From the human T2T-CHM13v2.0 reference genome, Homo sapiens, in the NCBI RefSeq assembly GCF_009914755.1, contig NC_060934.1: a stretch of 64,000 nucleotides of DNA. One strand, 5' to 3'. The position numbers were made by a program, and so were the translations under genes. Each line of letters begins with the position of its first letter. The stretch's first letter is position 1. The notes beneath the pieces are model-generated. The model saw only the letters and a program-made list of their open reading frames with translations. It searched no databases and was not told where the DNA came from. This document shows positions 43,653 to 58,068 of the stretch, in pieces.

Positions 43653-45327
43653 TACCTGAACCTCTTTTGACAAGTGCTGATATGAAGGCCCCATATCAGC
43701 TGGGGCCACGGCAGCAGCCCATGCAGGAGGGGCAGCCTGGGCGTGGCTGGCCACGGCAGGGCCTGGGTGGGACTTCAGAGCTGGTGGGATGCGGGTGGGT
43801 GTGGGGCCACAAGAAGAAGAGGGGTATCCAGGGTGCCCCCAGTTCCTACGTGAGGAATGGTGTCTCCCAAGAGCCATGGTGGCCTCCGTGGGACAGTAGA
43901 ATAGAGGCTTGTAGGAGGCCCTTCACTTGCCTTGAACTCACTGGTTTTAAAAATGTTTTATAAGAAGTCAGTGTATTTTGCCACAGGTAATGGGAGGGAA
44001 CCATGCATCACTCACCCTTCAGGCTCTGCGAGGAAGCTGCTTATCTAATGATAGGTGGTGTCCGGAGCAGGTGGAAACACACCCGGTGCATCTCCATGGG
44101 GCTCCTAGGGACTCTGGGGTCTGCAGGGCGGACCACAGACGGACCTGGAGGAGAAGAGTGTTCCGGGGCTCAGCTGGTACATCTGCCGAGCCCGGCCAGC
44201 CGCTTGTGTTTTGGGAGCTGCATGGGAGCCAGGTGCTCTCTGGGCAGTTGTCCACCCTGTCCTCACGGCCTCGGGAGGCTTCCAAGCCTGAGGCTGAGAG
44301 TGCTTTGGGAAGGATTTCTTCTTCACACGATCATCATCTTCTGGGTTTAGAATCACTGGGTGCTCTTTTGTCCACAAATTGTTTTAGCCTTACACAGTTC
44401 TGGAGAGTAAGTGCTACTCAGAGGATGTAAATGAACTAAGACCTGTTCCCATAACTACTCGTGTTTTCCCTAAAATAAGTGTACAGTCCTCAAAATTTGA
44501 AATTCTTTGATTTTGCTAGTCAAAGCTGGCTGCCTATGTTTTTGGAGGTATACTTTTATTTGTGATTTGTAACCCATGATAACATTCAAATTAGATCAAC
44601 TACAGAGCTGAGACATATTACTCGGAAATACAAAGTGATTGTGGGCTTATTAAAGCCTTAAACCTCTCAAAACATAATTAAAACAGTGACGGTGTTAGCA
44701 TGCCACCTTCTCAGTGTCCTGGATGTGTCAGCTTGCTGGCAGAGAGAAGATGTAGGAAGCATGGATCCGTTCATTTACCTCCTTAGGCCAACAAGTCCAA
44801 CTCAACGTTTACGTTTATATATTCATTTTAAAATCAATGAAACGAATCAACGGGTAAGCTTTGAATTATTGATAGTATTTAAGGAATTAACATTTATCAA
44901 TTTATCGTTTAAAGTGTGCTCAGAATATTTTAATAATATTATTATATAAGGTAGAAAAACCCGTGCTGTACTTTCAGGTTAATAGTCAGTAAACATGCAC
45001 CCCCCGCAATCCCTCTCAGGCAAAACCGAACCCAGCCCCACCCAGCAGCACGTGAGTGGGCCAGAACCTTTCTGCCTTGACAAAGCCCTAGCATTGGAGA
45101 AGCCGAGAGCGTGGTGCTGCTCTTGCTGCCCTCCTCAGCATCTGGAGGCCTCTGTTCACCTTATAGAGAGCAGATGCTGTTCTTGTTGGCTGGTTTTATA
45201 CTAGCAAAATTCAGAGGGAGTAAACCAAAAACAGTGAACTGAACGAACCACATTGAAATAATCCACTTTTGTGCAGTTCAAGAAAAGTTTGCTTCATAAA
45301 GTTTATTCCTTAAAAACTTCAAATAAT

Positions 45328-46040
<713 letters not shown>

Positions 46041-46480
46041 ATCATCATAATTAAATGTGAAAACCAAGAAGCATAGTACAATAAAAGTTACAAAATAGAG
46101 TTTAATAGAATATATAGATTTTTCCATCATTCAACTAGTAAATTTTTACATTCTTTCCTGTCCGTCTGTCTAGGCATCCATGATATATTTTGGGCTGCAT
46201 TTTATAAGGATGTTACTAGGTGTTAAATGAAAGTAGATGCCTTCCCGAAATGCTGCCTTAGCTGAGTTTCTTACGTAGAGGCTTCTCAGAGTCCCCAGTG
46301 TATGAATCATTCATCTCCAAGCAGGGCAGGTTATACTGTGCGGTGGAAGTCTCTCAAACATTTTTGGCCGTAGAAAACTTTTTTCACAGAGCATGATAAA
46401 ACACTGGGATTCCTCACTGCACATCTTAGGAAAGACTGGTTTACAGTGAGGTTATAACTGGAAGGTGTGAAAGCCTAAAA

Positions 46481-46690
46481 TAGAGGTTCTTAACGGGGAG
46501 ATTTTACCCCCAGGAGACTGTTGGCAATGTCTGGAGACATCTGTGGTTGTCACGCCTGGGGGTGGGTGGTACCCCTGGCATCTGTTGGAGAAAGGCTGGA
46601 GGTGTACAATACCCCGCAAAGCAGGGGACACCACCACCCCTATGGACTGCCTGGTCCCATGTGTCAGCGGTGCAGGGCTTAGACCTGTGT
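46481..46690. mobile_element. MER20 DNA transposon
   Basis: ggcaatgtctggagacatctgtggttgtcac...ctggcatctgttgg signature. Confidence 0.75.
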
Positions 46691-46857
46691 TTGCATATGA
46701 CAGCAGACCATTTGTGTGTACATGTTGTAAATTTAAGTGTATCTGTATTGAAGTTGCCCCTGAAAGAGAAGAAAAATGAAGAAACTTGATGGTATATTTT
46801 GGAGATAGTCAATTAAATCTTGCTTTTTAAATTTTTTTGTTTTGTTTTGCTTTAAAG

Positions 46858-46916
46858 GCATTTGAAAACTTTGCTTTTAGAAAGAAATCCTATCAAAATG
46901 TTACCTGTGGAGCTGG
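46858..46916 (+). CDS. LRRC27: LRRC27 exon 4
   Basis: T-rich acceptor aag|G. HLKTLLLERNPIKMLPVEL. Donor G|GTAAGT, 59 nt, frame consistent. Confidence 0.92.
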
Positions 46917-47668
46917 GTAAGTATAAAATAATAAAAAGATGATTTTAAAATGCTATCTTTTGAACTTGCCAGACCTTGTAATGGAAGTATCAGGCATGAC
47001 AAAGGAGGGTAAGCTAGATATTTTAAAAATCCTTCCTACTTCTAGGACCAAGATAATGTAGCTCTCAAGAACTGTTGATATAGCACGTACTGTTCTTATG
47101 GAGGTGTGACGTGTGAGCCTTGTGTGAGGCACAGTCACAGTGAGGGCCATTGGCGCCGTCACACAGCTAAGGAAACTGAAGGCCCCGCACACACCTCTGC
47201 AGGCCCTGCGTGCTGTCTCCGCTGCATCTCGCTGGCCTTCCTGGGAAGTTTTACCACTTACGTATGTTCCTAGGCCCCATCATGACCACTTTTTTAGACT
47301 TCAGAATCTAAACACTCAAAACCAAAAGCATAAACTGACAGACAAATCAAACAAGCGTAAACTATCACAGAAGCAAGTTTTATGACCTTTAAAATATCTA
47401 GCAGAAACAGTATAAATTTGTCGGACTAGTAGCCCAGGAAAAAATGTCTAAAATTCTGAAGGCATTTCTATTATGAACTTGAGAAGCATTTTGGAGAACT
47501 AATTTATGAGTACTCATTTATTTGTAAGTCACTTGCTACCATGTAGACAGTATAAAAACAGACATGTATACGCATGTATACATAAAAGTACAAACATTAA
47601 GATTGTATAGCTTTGATTTTATTTTTAGCCATGAATCAGATAAAACTCATTAGTTTAAAAGAACAGTT

Positions 47669-48000
47669 GAGACCACGCATAGTGGCTCATGCCTGTAATC
47701 TTAGCACCTTGGGGCGCCAAGGCAGGAGGATCCCCTGAAGCCAGGAGTTTGAAACCAGCCTGGGTAACATAGTGAGACCCCATCTCTACAAAAAATAAAA
47801 TAAAATAAAATTAGCCAGGTGCAGTAGTGCATGCCTGTGTTCCTAGGTACTTAGGAGGCTGAGGCAGGAGGCTAACTTGAGCCCAGGACTTCAAGGCTGC
47901 AGTGAGCTCTGATTGCACCACTATACTCCAACCTGGACAACAGGGCGAGACCCTCTCTCTAAAAACAAAACAACAACAACAACAAAAAACAAAAATAAAA
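47669..48000 (+). mobile_element. AluJ
   Basis: Diverged dimer with a (caa)n tail. Confidence 0.87.
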
Positions 48001-49054
48001 GAACAGTTAGGTTAAATTGTGCCTTTGTAAATGGAACGAGTTATGGCTGGAACCCTTACACAGTTTTAGAGAAAACAGAATAGCAAATTTACACTTCAAA
48101 GAACAGAGAGAGAATTTAAGCTTTTTAAAGAAGGAGTTTGGGTGTGTTTGAAGACTAAAAATGGATGACAAGATAATACAGAGTCACTTGCCACAGGATT
48201 TGATAAGGAAACGAATTTCATTTAGATAGGTAGCTTCTAGTTTAGTCTCTGTTTTCCAACTGGACCAGTGAGCTCAGGGCAGAGCCCATTAATGGACAGG
48301 GCCAACAAGGCATTTGCAGTTTGTAGAGCCTAATACTTAACCTACATGTGAAAAGCGAGCGCAGCTGAAAGGTGGGACACCCAAATACCCAAAATCCAAG
48401 CATCCATCTTTCACACTGAACCCTGGCTCCCTCAGATTGGGAAACGCCACAGGACTAGGGCCCCTGCAGTGCTTCCCCGTGCTCCTCATTCCGGGGACTT
48501 CGCCCTGAGCCTGGGGAGTGAGCCAGCCCCCACCAGCCCACTGCCCACCACGGGAGCCTTACCTCTCAGCGGCCATCGTTTCCAAAGCCTCCAAGTTCAC
48601 ATAATTTCCATTTTTAGTGACATTTCACATTTGTGGAGTCCTTGTATTCTATTTTCTTCTAATTAAACACAATTTTCTTCATTTGCTTGAACATATTTAA
48701 ATGGTTGCTTTGAAGTCTTTGTTAAACCCAACATCTGGGCCTCCTCCAAGACAGTTTCCATTGTCTGCTCCGTTCCTGAGTGTAGGGTACATTTTCCTTT
48801 TCTTTGCATGTCTGGTAGTTTTTATGTGGAAAATGGGCATTTTAGATAATATAGCGACTTTGTATTCTGAATTTTACAGAATTGTGAAGGTGGTTGTGGC
48901 TGCTTCTGTTTGTTTGATTTTATTTATTTGTTTTTTGGAAACCATCCTGGTCTTAATTTGCGGAATCCGTCTCCTGCAGAGTTACCTTTAAAGCAAATCT
49001 TTGACATCTGTTAACGTGATTTTCCCCCAAATACTGAATAGAATCATATTTTAA

Positions 49055-49300
<246 letters not shown>

Positions 49301-51039
49301 TAGGAGGTGATTTATGACAAATCACATTAACGTTGAAGTTACAGCTTTTTAAAATCAGGGCAGAACCTGTCTTCTCTTTAATAACATCCTGAGAAATACA
49401 GGAGCCATGGGTCCTCTGCTGAGTTGACACAGTGTACACTGATCTCAGGCCGACCCAGTCATCTCTGTGACTTTTCCTTGGTTCTATAAATCTGGGCACA
49501 TTATAGATCCTGGCTCAAGTGGATTTTGGTAGAAGTTTATTGTGATCAATCAAATGAAACAGTTATCACCTCCAAGCCACCCGCAGGCGGCTGCTTCAGG
49601 AATGACTTGATGCTGCATTAGGCAGCTATTTTAAAATAAGTACAATGAAATATTCCTTATTCCTAACGAGGTACAAGAAATTAGCAGGAAAATGGCCCTG
49701 TAGACATGTTTTATCTAATCACCTTGTTGGTGGGTGCTCACTAACCTGTTCCATTCTTTCAACATACTGACCAGCCAGGTATTTTCAGATGCTCATGATG
49801 TGTTCTGGTCTTGAGTACGCATTGTAGTTACACTTGGAAAAGGTAAAGTTAAATTGGGATAAAGGAGAATCATAATGAAGCCTTGCCAAAAAAAGTACAT
49901 ATTCTGAAATATTGTCAGAATATTTAAAATTTTACTATTTGTGATGTACTTTGATACTTAAGAAAAATGCATGTTTGTAACATTAGCCAAGGTGATTATA
50001 GATGTGCTGCAATTGAAATGTGTGGGTTAGGTCTTCGTAAATAACGTGTGGCCTTGCACTTTTGACCCAGATGGACTCTATTTGGAAATTGTTTTAAATG
50101 ATTAAGAGTCAGCTGTTGGCCCTGTGCTTGCTGAGTTGTTTGTAGACATATTTTAACCAGGTTATAGTGGCTGCATTGGGGCATTGCGCTGAAGCCGCCT
50201 GGCTGTGGCACCCTTGACCCCGATGCTGCCAGGATGTTGTGATAAAAATAGGAAAAGAAAAGTAGCCGCTGGACTGGCAGTGTGGAGGGCACTGGGCACC
50301 TGGCAGGAGTGGGGGCAGGTAGCTGAGGGCATGGGGTGGCCGAGGAGAGATAGGACCAGGACCTGGAGACAGCTGGGACAAGGATGGAGGGGCAGAACCG
50401 TCAGGCACAGCCGGAGCCAGGACACAGGGAGCACAGGAGACACGGACAGACCCTGCTGGAGGATCAGGATAAAAAAGAGGAGAAGTTGAAGGTTCATTCC
50501 AGTTGAAGGAGACTAAAGGAATAGGAAACTGGATGTGATGCTTCATCCTGGATTGGATCCTGGGCCAGGACAAATATGATAAAGGACATTACTGGGACAG
50601 TTATCAAGGTGTGAGGAAGGCCAGCCAGTAAATGACAGAAGTCAGCGATGGGACGCTCCTGGTTTTGGTGAATCGCTATGGCGATGTGTGAGCATCTCCA
50701 TCTGAGGGTGGAGGGGCAGGATGTCTGAAGTTACCCTTGAGTGTTTTAGGAAATGCATGAGCACCCCAGACAGAGAGGCGAGGGCGGGTAGGCTCATGGG
50801 GGCAGCAGCCTCGGGGGCCAGGCACCAGCGGCTGCTGATGGGGTGCGGGGTCCATCAACTTCTCAGCGGTGTTATTGCAACTTTTCTGTAAGTTTGAAAA
50901 AAATACATTAAGTAACTGGTCAAAAATAAGTATTTTCTGACTCTTTTCTATTAGGTTTTAGGGCCACATAGAGTGATTTTTCAGCTACTATGTATATTTT
51001 TAGTACTTTGTCCTTTCAATTACTTTAAAAAGTCTTTGC

Positions 51040-51332
51040 TGGCGGGCGTGGTGGCTCACGCCTGTGATCCCAGCACTTTGGGAGGCCGAGGCGGGCGGAT
51101 CACGAGGTCAGGAGATTGAGACCATCCTGGCTAACATGGTGAAACCCTGTCTCTACTAAAAATACAAAAAATTAGTTGGGCGTGGTCGTGGGCACCTGTA
51201 GTCCCAGCTACTTGGGAGGCTGAGGCAGGAGAATGGTGTGAACCCGGGAGGCGGAGCCAAGATGGTGTCACTGCACTCCAGCCTGGATGACAGAGCGAGA
51301 TTCCGTCTTAAAAAAATAAATAAATAAATAAA
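51040..51332 (+). mobile_element. AluY-like with a small deletion
   Basis: accatcctggctaaca and gaatggtgtgaacccggg features; A-rich tail. Confidence 0.9.
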
Positions 51333-51894
51333 AGTATTTTTGCTGTATCCCACTCTTCCTGTTTGCTTTCATTTTCATGAATTTCAGTTTTGTCCCTGGC
51401 CCTAAATCAGTTGTCCACAGGCAGATTGGTCAAATATGCATGTTTCTAGTCACTTGTACCCCGGGGGAATTTTACAACTTCTTAGGACGTTTTGAAGCAT
51501 GTTTGCCCATTTTTTAAAACTTTTCCTTTCAAACCTAAGACCCTGAGCACGCAGCAGTCAGGAGCATGTGGCAGCCAGGGGCGTGATGTCCATGCGCCTG
51601 TGTCCACTGCGACGGCCACCTGGGGTCTCACTCAGCCTTCAGGTCGTGCTGGGCACGTGCTGGGAGAAGACTGGCCAATAGGTCCCAGTGGCTCCCAAAG
51701 TGCCTGGAGTGCCTCTCTGAGGTCGTGTTTTGAGAAAGTCAACAAAAGCATCACCAAACAAGAAAAGCAGGCATAATGGGCTAAACATTACTTAGAAACA
51801 AAGATTCTAAGTGATCTGAGGGGAAGCAGAAATGTTGATTAAATGTGGCAAGATTGCCCTGTGTACACATGCAAAAAGTCCCTCCAAAGTGGTA

Positions 51895-52385
51895 AGGCCT
51901 ATGTGGGAAGGTCAGGCGCGCCCGGTGGGGCCTGTGTGGGAGGGTCAGGCGTGCTCAGTGGGGCCTGTGTGGGAAGGTCACGCGTGTCCGGTGGGGCCCG
52001 TGTGGGAAGGTCAGGTGTGTCTGGTGGGGCCTCTGTGGGAAGGTCAGGCGTGTCTCATGGGGCCTGTGTAGGAAGGTCAGGCGTGCTCAGTGGGGCTTGT
52101 GTGGGAAGGTCACATGTGTCCTGTGGGGCTTGTGTGGGAAGGTCACGCATGTCCAGTGGGGCCTGCATGGGAAGGTCAGGTGCACCCAGTGGGGCCTGCG
52201 TGAGAGTCAGGTGTGCTCGGTGGGGCCTGCGTGGGAGGGTCAGGTGCTCCCAGTGGGGCCTGCATCAAAGTCAGATGTGCTCAGTGGGGCCTGGTGGGGC
52301 CTGCAGGGGAGGGTCAGGTGCGCCCGGTGGTGCCTGCGGGGAGGGTCAGGTGCGCCTGGTGGGGCCTGTGTGGGAGAGTCCAGGT
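51895..52385. repeat. G-rich minisatellite, 33 bp x ~14
   Basis: gtggggcctgtgtgggaaggtcaggcgtgctca-type units at 33-bp spacing. Confidence 0.9.
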
Positions 52386-52599
52386 GTGCTTCTGGCAGTG
52401 TTGTTTCCATTCCCTCCATGTGGAACTGCTTTGTGTGCCGCAGCAGGCTGGCGTGGTGCAGGTGGCAGGTGGGGTGACGGGAATTGTTTGGATTGACAGG
52501 GAACGTGGCAGCCATGGAGGATCTGGGCACCCCACCCCCCACCATCCAGGCCGTCACTGGCTTTTTGAATAAGTCACAGAGGGATGGCGTTGATGGTAG

Positions 52600-53001
<402 letters not shown>

Positions 53002-53139
53002 TAAAACTGAAAAGCAACGGGGGATTTTCTTGATCTTTGCGAATTTATACAGTTATTTTAAATTATCTTTGAAAACATCAGGTCCAGCTTTTAAAGTGTC
53101 CTCCACGTTGCCACCGTTTACTGTGCAGTGAGTGCCGGT

Positions 53140-53601
53140 CCCAGGTTTAGGGTAACGGGGACCCGCATCAAGCCCGGAGCATCTGCGGCAGAGCTCAGTC
53201 CATTCAGAGGCTGAGTTTGCCAAGGTTGAGGATACGCCCGGGGAAAAGAGACATAAGCGACAGTGAGATCTGTGGCCTGTGCTTTCTCCAGAGAGAGCTT
53301 TGAGGATGTCAGCATTTAAAGGAGAAAGAATGGGCAGCAGGGAAAGGAGGAAAGAACAGTAAAAGTGGGGGCAGGCAGTGAGCCAAGTGGGCACATTCTT
53401 GTGAGGCTTCGATCAGTGCTCACTGAATCCACATTTTACCTGTGAAAAGAGAGGAGTTGGGGGAAAGGTCAGTTATGCAGAAAATAAATGGCAGCTGCCT
53501 GGGGACAAAAGGAAGGCAGTCATTGTGTGGCCCACTTCCAAAGCTTGCCTTTGCCTTTGGTACAGTGAGTTTGGGGGCCGAGATTTTATTTTCCTTTCAC
53601 A
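53140..53601 (-). mobile_element. MER4-group LTR (MER4B-like), antisense
   Basis: Minus strand begins TGTGAAAGGAAAATAAAATCTCGG...CAAACTCACT...ACTGCCTTCCTTTTGT. Left boundary approximate. Confidence 0.7.
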
Positions 53602-53606
53602 CCCAG

Positions 53607-53701
53607 GACAAGGGTCCCTAGGAAACAGGCTCTGCAGAGACTACATGAGAGAAAAACTCGAATCATGGGCGTGGTAGGGCGTGCGCCTACACATATGGGA
53701 G
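53607..53701 (+). CDS. LRRC27: Candidate LRRC27 alternative cassette exon (95 nt, frameshifting)
   Basis: Acceptor ttttattttcctttcacacccag|G. Open in the exon-6 phase (TRVPRKQALQ...PTHMG). Donor GAG|GTATGT. Confidence 0.55.
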
Positions 53702-55161
53702 GTATGTATCTGTGGTGTGCGTGTGTGTGCCTGCATGTGGTGTGTGTGCCTGTGTGTGTGTAAACATCTAGAGAGAGAATGCTGCAAAATAACAATTGGT
53801 GAATCTAGATCATGCATTCTCAAGGGGCACATTGTCATAGCCGAGGGGACAACAATGGCTTCCTGGGGGTGAAGATTCTTGGAGGCCGCAGTGGTCTGTG
53901 GTCCCTCAGGCTCCACGCAGCGTCCAGCACGAGCAGGTTCACAGTGGCACCAGACCTTCCCGGAGGTGTTGGCATGAAGCGCTCATGGCCCTGATCTTTC
54001 AGCTGTCCTGTAGGTTTGAACATTCAAAACAGAACAAAACAAACCTTGGAAGCATCACTAAAAGATTAAAGGGTAGGATGTCCTAGCAGCACACACAGCA
54101 GGTTCCCAGCTACAGCGAGGCCTCGGACGCTCCAGCACGCTTGTGGTGTTCTTAGTCCACACAGTCGCACGGTGAAAGGGCAGGAATATCCTGAGCCTGC
54201 TGCTTAGAAACCTCTTTTCTTCCCTCCTCCCTTCAAATATTTATTTATTGTTAGGGACCCTAATAATAGCTAATCCAAGTGAATTGTGGTATGCTTATTA
54301 ATCGTACTTATAATTTGATCAATATGTCAGATTTGGATACTAGACCCTAGCCTTCGGAGATTGCTTTGGGTGGCTTGGGAAGTTGGAGCAGAGAACTGGA
54401 GTCTCTGGCAGGAAGCCTCAACCTGGAGCCCCTGCCCCATGGTTGGGTGGGCCCTGAGTGTTGTCTTCCCCCTCTGCTGCCTCTGCCCAGGGTGAGCCAT
54501 AGAGAACCACTCTGTGCCTCAGCTTTCCCACGGGGTGGTTGTGGTCTCACATGCATTATCAGGGCCTCAGTTTCCCCACTTGGTCAGGTTGTCGTGGGGT
54601 CACAGGTATTAAGAAGAAGCTCTAAGATTATGGCCCTGGTCTGCGCTCAGGGTGGTGGCCCTTCCTGAGGGTCTGGGACTCGGGAAGCTGGTGCTCCTCT
54701 GTGTTCTCTGGCCAGGGAGCAGTGGGCATGGTGAGAGCAGCAGGCCCGGTCCAAGGTGACTCGTGTGGCCTGGGCCTGCTTATAAGGCTGAGTGCTCATG
54801 TCCAAAATACTTGCAAGAAAAGTGATGTTATGTAAAAATCATAGGTAAATAATGGTCTGGTCCTGAAATCCCAAAATTATATTGGGAGGGAATCAAAGCA
54901 TTCTGAAGTCATCAAACATGGAGCTGGAGTACGACGGAGCATCACTGCCCCAGCCTGATTCTGACGTCCAGCAGGCCTTCCTCTGGGGCAGCTCCTCCAT
55001 ACTCCTCAGGACCCTGAGACCACAAGGGGAAGCCTGGTGTTCCATAGAGCCTGGGCCACCTGCCCTTCCAAAAGCAGCAGGTTAAAGGCCAGTGCCCAGC
55101 ACGCACCCCAGGTGACCCCTGTCCCAGAGCACAGGCCATGCCTGCCCTCTCTGCTCTACTG

Positions 55162-55238
55162 AGACAGTCACTGCTGTTCCCGTGCAGATGGGGAAGACGA
55201 GGGACAGTCACTGCTGTTCCCGTGCAGACGGGGAAGAT
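55162..55238. repeat. ~41-bp tandem duplication
   Basis: gacagtcactgctgttcccgtgcaga(t/c)ggggaaga occurs twice. Confidence 0.85.
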
Positions 55239-56149
55239 GAGGGTGGAAGGTCATGCAGCGTGGGGGGGCGGGCCAGCCTCCTGGGACGTGGCCACCGGGC
55301 ATGCTGCTTGGCTGTGGCCTCCCAAGATGTGCTGCTGGTGTGAGGCTTTGCACAGGGCAGGCCGTGGAATGGGATGGGCCTTTCTCCTCTGGGCGAAGTG
55401 TTTGGTTTCAGAGGGAAGACCAGGCAGGGCTTCCAGTTGTGTTTCTTAAACTGCTTTGATGCAAGGGTCATGGTGAGGAGTTGTCATGTTCTGGAACCTG
55501 GCTGGCTCTCAGTCCTGGGCTCAGAGCCCCTATCTCCAGCCTGGTTTTCCCCAGGTGTTTTCACTGGGAGGAAACACCAGGCACACCTGTCAGCTCCCTC
55601 TCATGGGCAGGGAGAGGGAGTCCCCAGCACCGTGCGACCCCACCATGTTACTGGCTATCCCCTCTGCTGTCCTGCGGGCTTCCCTCAAGGGGGACCCAGT
55701 ATCTGACCCTGCCTGAATGTGTCTGTGGAGGCCAGGCGCCTTCTGATGGCCTTGCCTGCCCCGCCCCCTGCTCCCACATCACCCAGCGATGGGATTCCGA
55801 CCTGCTGCAGCACCACCCCATGCACCTGAACTCCAGGCACGTCACATCGTCCAGCCCGGGCGAGCTGCTGGCCAGGCCCCCTGCTTCCGCGGGCATCTCT
55901 GTCCAGGTCAGACAAGGGTGCGGCATTGGTCTCAAGCAGGTCGGGTGCAGCTGCCGAGGCTGCACGTCCTTCAGGTGCATTTCCCAAGCCGACTGTCAAG
56001 CGTCCCGGGAAAGTAGCTGGCTGGCAGTGGGCGCGTTGGGACAGTGTCCTGCTGCCATCCACACATCTTCATTACGTGTCCTGAAATCAACAGTCAAGAC
56101 TGGACTCTGGGGTGACTGCAGCTTCTAGTCGTGCTAATTGTTCAGATGA

Positions 56150-56398
<249 letters not shown>

Positions 56399-56599
56399 TG
56401 AGTCCACACAGGGTGGGGGTCCGCACAGCCGGCCCAGTGCACCCGGAACTGGGACTGGGCTGTGATTTTATGGCAGGCCTCGTGGAAGTGTTTAGTTAGT
56501 TCTCCCCTCACTGATGCTGATCCAGGATCCGTCTCTTCCTCACCTGGAAGCCGAGCTGCACGTGCCCCTTGTGGTCTGCAGCGCCACGCACGGGCTCGC

Positions 56600-57415
56600 T
56601 TGTTTGCAGCCCTGAGGCCTCCGTGTGGGGCAGGCGCAGGTGCAGCGCTCCGTGTGGGGCAGGCGCTGAGGCCTCCGTGTGGGGCAGGCGCTGAGGCCTC
56701 CGTGTGGGGCAGGCGCAGGTGCAGCGCTCCGTGTGGGGCAGATGCTGAGGCCTCCGTGTGGGGCAGGCGCTGAGGCCTCCGTGTGGGGCAGGCGCTGAGG
56801 CCTCCGTGTGGGGCAGGCGCTGAGGCCTCCGTGTGGGGCAGGCGCTGAGGCCTCCGTGTGGGGCAGGTGCAGCGCTCGTGGTCTGCAGGGCGTTGCGTGC
56901 ATGGGCTCCCTTGTTTGTAGCCCCGAGGCCTCCGTGTGGGGCAGGCGCAGGTGCAGCGCTCCGTGTGGGGCAGGCGCTGAGGCCTCCGTGTGGGGCAGGT
57001 GCAGCGCTCGTGGTCTGCAGGGCGTTGCGTGCATGGGCTCCCTTGTTTGTAGCCCCGAGGCCTCCGTGTGGGGCAGGCGCAGGTGCAGCGCTCCGTGTGG
57101 GGCAGGCGCTGAGGCCTCCGTGTGGGGCAGGCGCTGAGGCCTCCGTGTGGGGCAGGCGCAGGTGCAGCGCTCCGTGTGGGGCAGATGCTGAGGCCTCCGT
57201 GTGGGGCAGGCGCTGAGGCCTCCGTGTGGGGCAGGCGCTGAGGCCTCCGTGTGGGGCAGGCGCAGGTGCAGCGCTCCGTGTGGGGCAGGCGCTGAGGCCT
57301 CCGTGTGGGGCAGGCGCTGAGGCCTCCGTGTGGGGCAGGTGCAGCGCTCGTGGTCTGCAGGGCGTTGCGTGCATGGGCTCCCTTGTTTGCAGCCCCGAGG
57401 CCTCCCTGTGGGACA
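56600..57415. repeat. GC-rich minisatellite with a 25-bp core and higher-order variants
   Basis: gaggcctccgtgtggggcaggcgct units interspersed with aggtgcagcgct and a ~55-bp cgtggtctgcagggcgttgcgtgcatggg... block. Confidence 0.93.
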
Positions 57416-57549
57416 GGCCGGTTGCAGTGCTCGCGGTCGCCCCCTTGTGTCCGTCTTTGCCCTGGCTTCCTCACGACACCTGCCTGCTTTCTTGTTCTTT
57501 TCCCTCATTTCTTGTTCTTCCTCAGTCCTTTCCTCCTCATTTTCCCTAG

Positions 57550-57604
57550 AGTATTCCAGGCCCTGACACGGTCATCAGGGAGGTTCATTCTTGTGTTGCT
57601 GTGA
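57550..57604 (+). CDS. LRRC27: Candidate LRRC27 alternative last exon, coding part (VFQALTRSSGRFILVLL*)
   Basis: A ~65-nt polypyrimidine tract then ccctag|A. Phase-compatible with exon 7. TGA at 57602-57604. Confidence 0.65.
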
Positions 57605-58020
57605 CTGCCGCCAGTGCCACCACCTTGCGAGGTGTGTTGGCCGATGGACTCGGTGTCCTCAGTGTCTTCTCTGTCCTCCAGCTCCACTGACCACCTGGCT
57701 TCACCCCTCCCTGGGCCCCAGGAGTCCGGCTGGCATGGACCACAGCCACAGCACCCCCGTGCCCCTCACTTGGTGGTTGGCTTTGGCCAGCGGGGGCCCC
57801 CAGCAGGAGGTCGAGGAGGAAGGGAGAGCGAGGGCCTCGTCTTTACTTTCCCGGCTTCTTTGTGAGCTGCCTGGAGCTGGCCGAGTCCAGCCTCTCCCTC
57901 CTTCTGGGTTCCGACAATCTCTCCTTCCCTGGTCTGTCCTGTGGGCGGCTGCAGCCCGGCCCTGACTGGCACAGGGCTCTTGCACCGCCCCTGTGGCTCA
58001 CCTGCTCCCTCCCCAACATG

Positions 58021-58068
58021 AATAAACCCTCCTGAAGCCACCCCGTTGTGTGTGTGCTGTTTTCTCTC
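58021..58068 (+). terminator. Poly(A) signal with a GU/U-rich downstream element
   Basis: AATAAA at 58021-58026, then gttgtgtgtgtgctgttttctct ~20 nt downstream. Confidence 0.65.
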
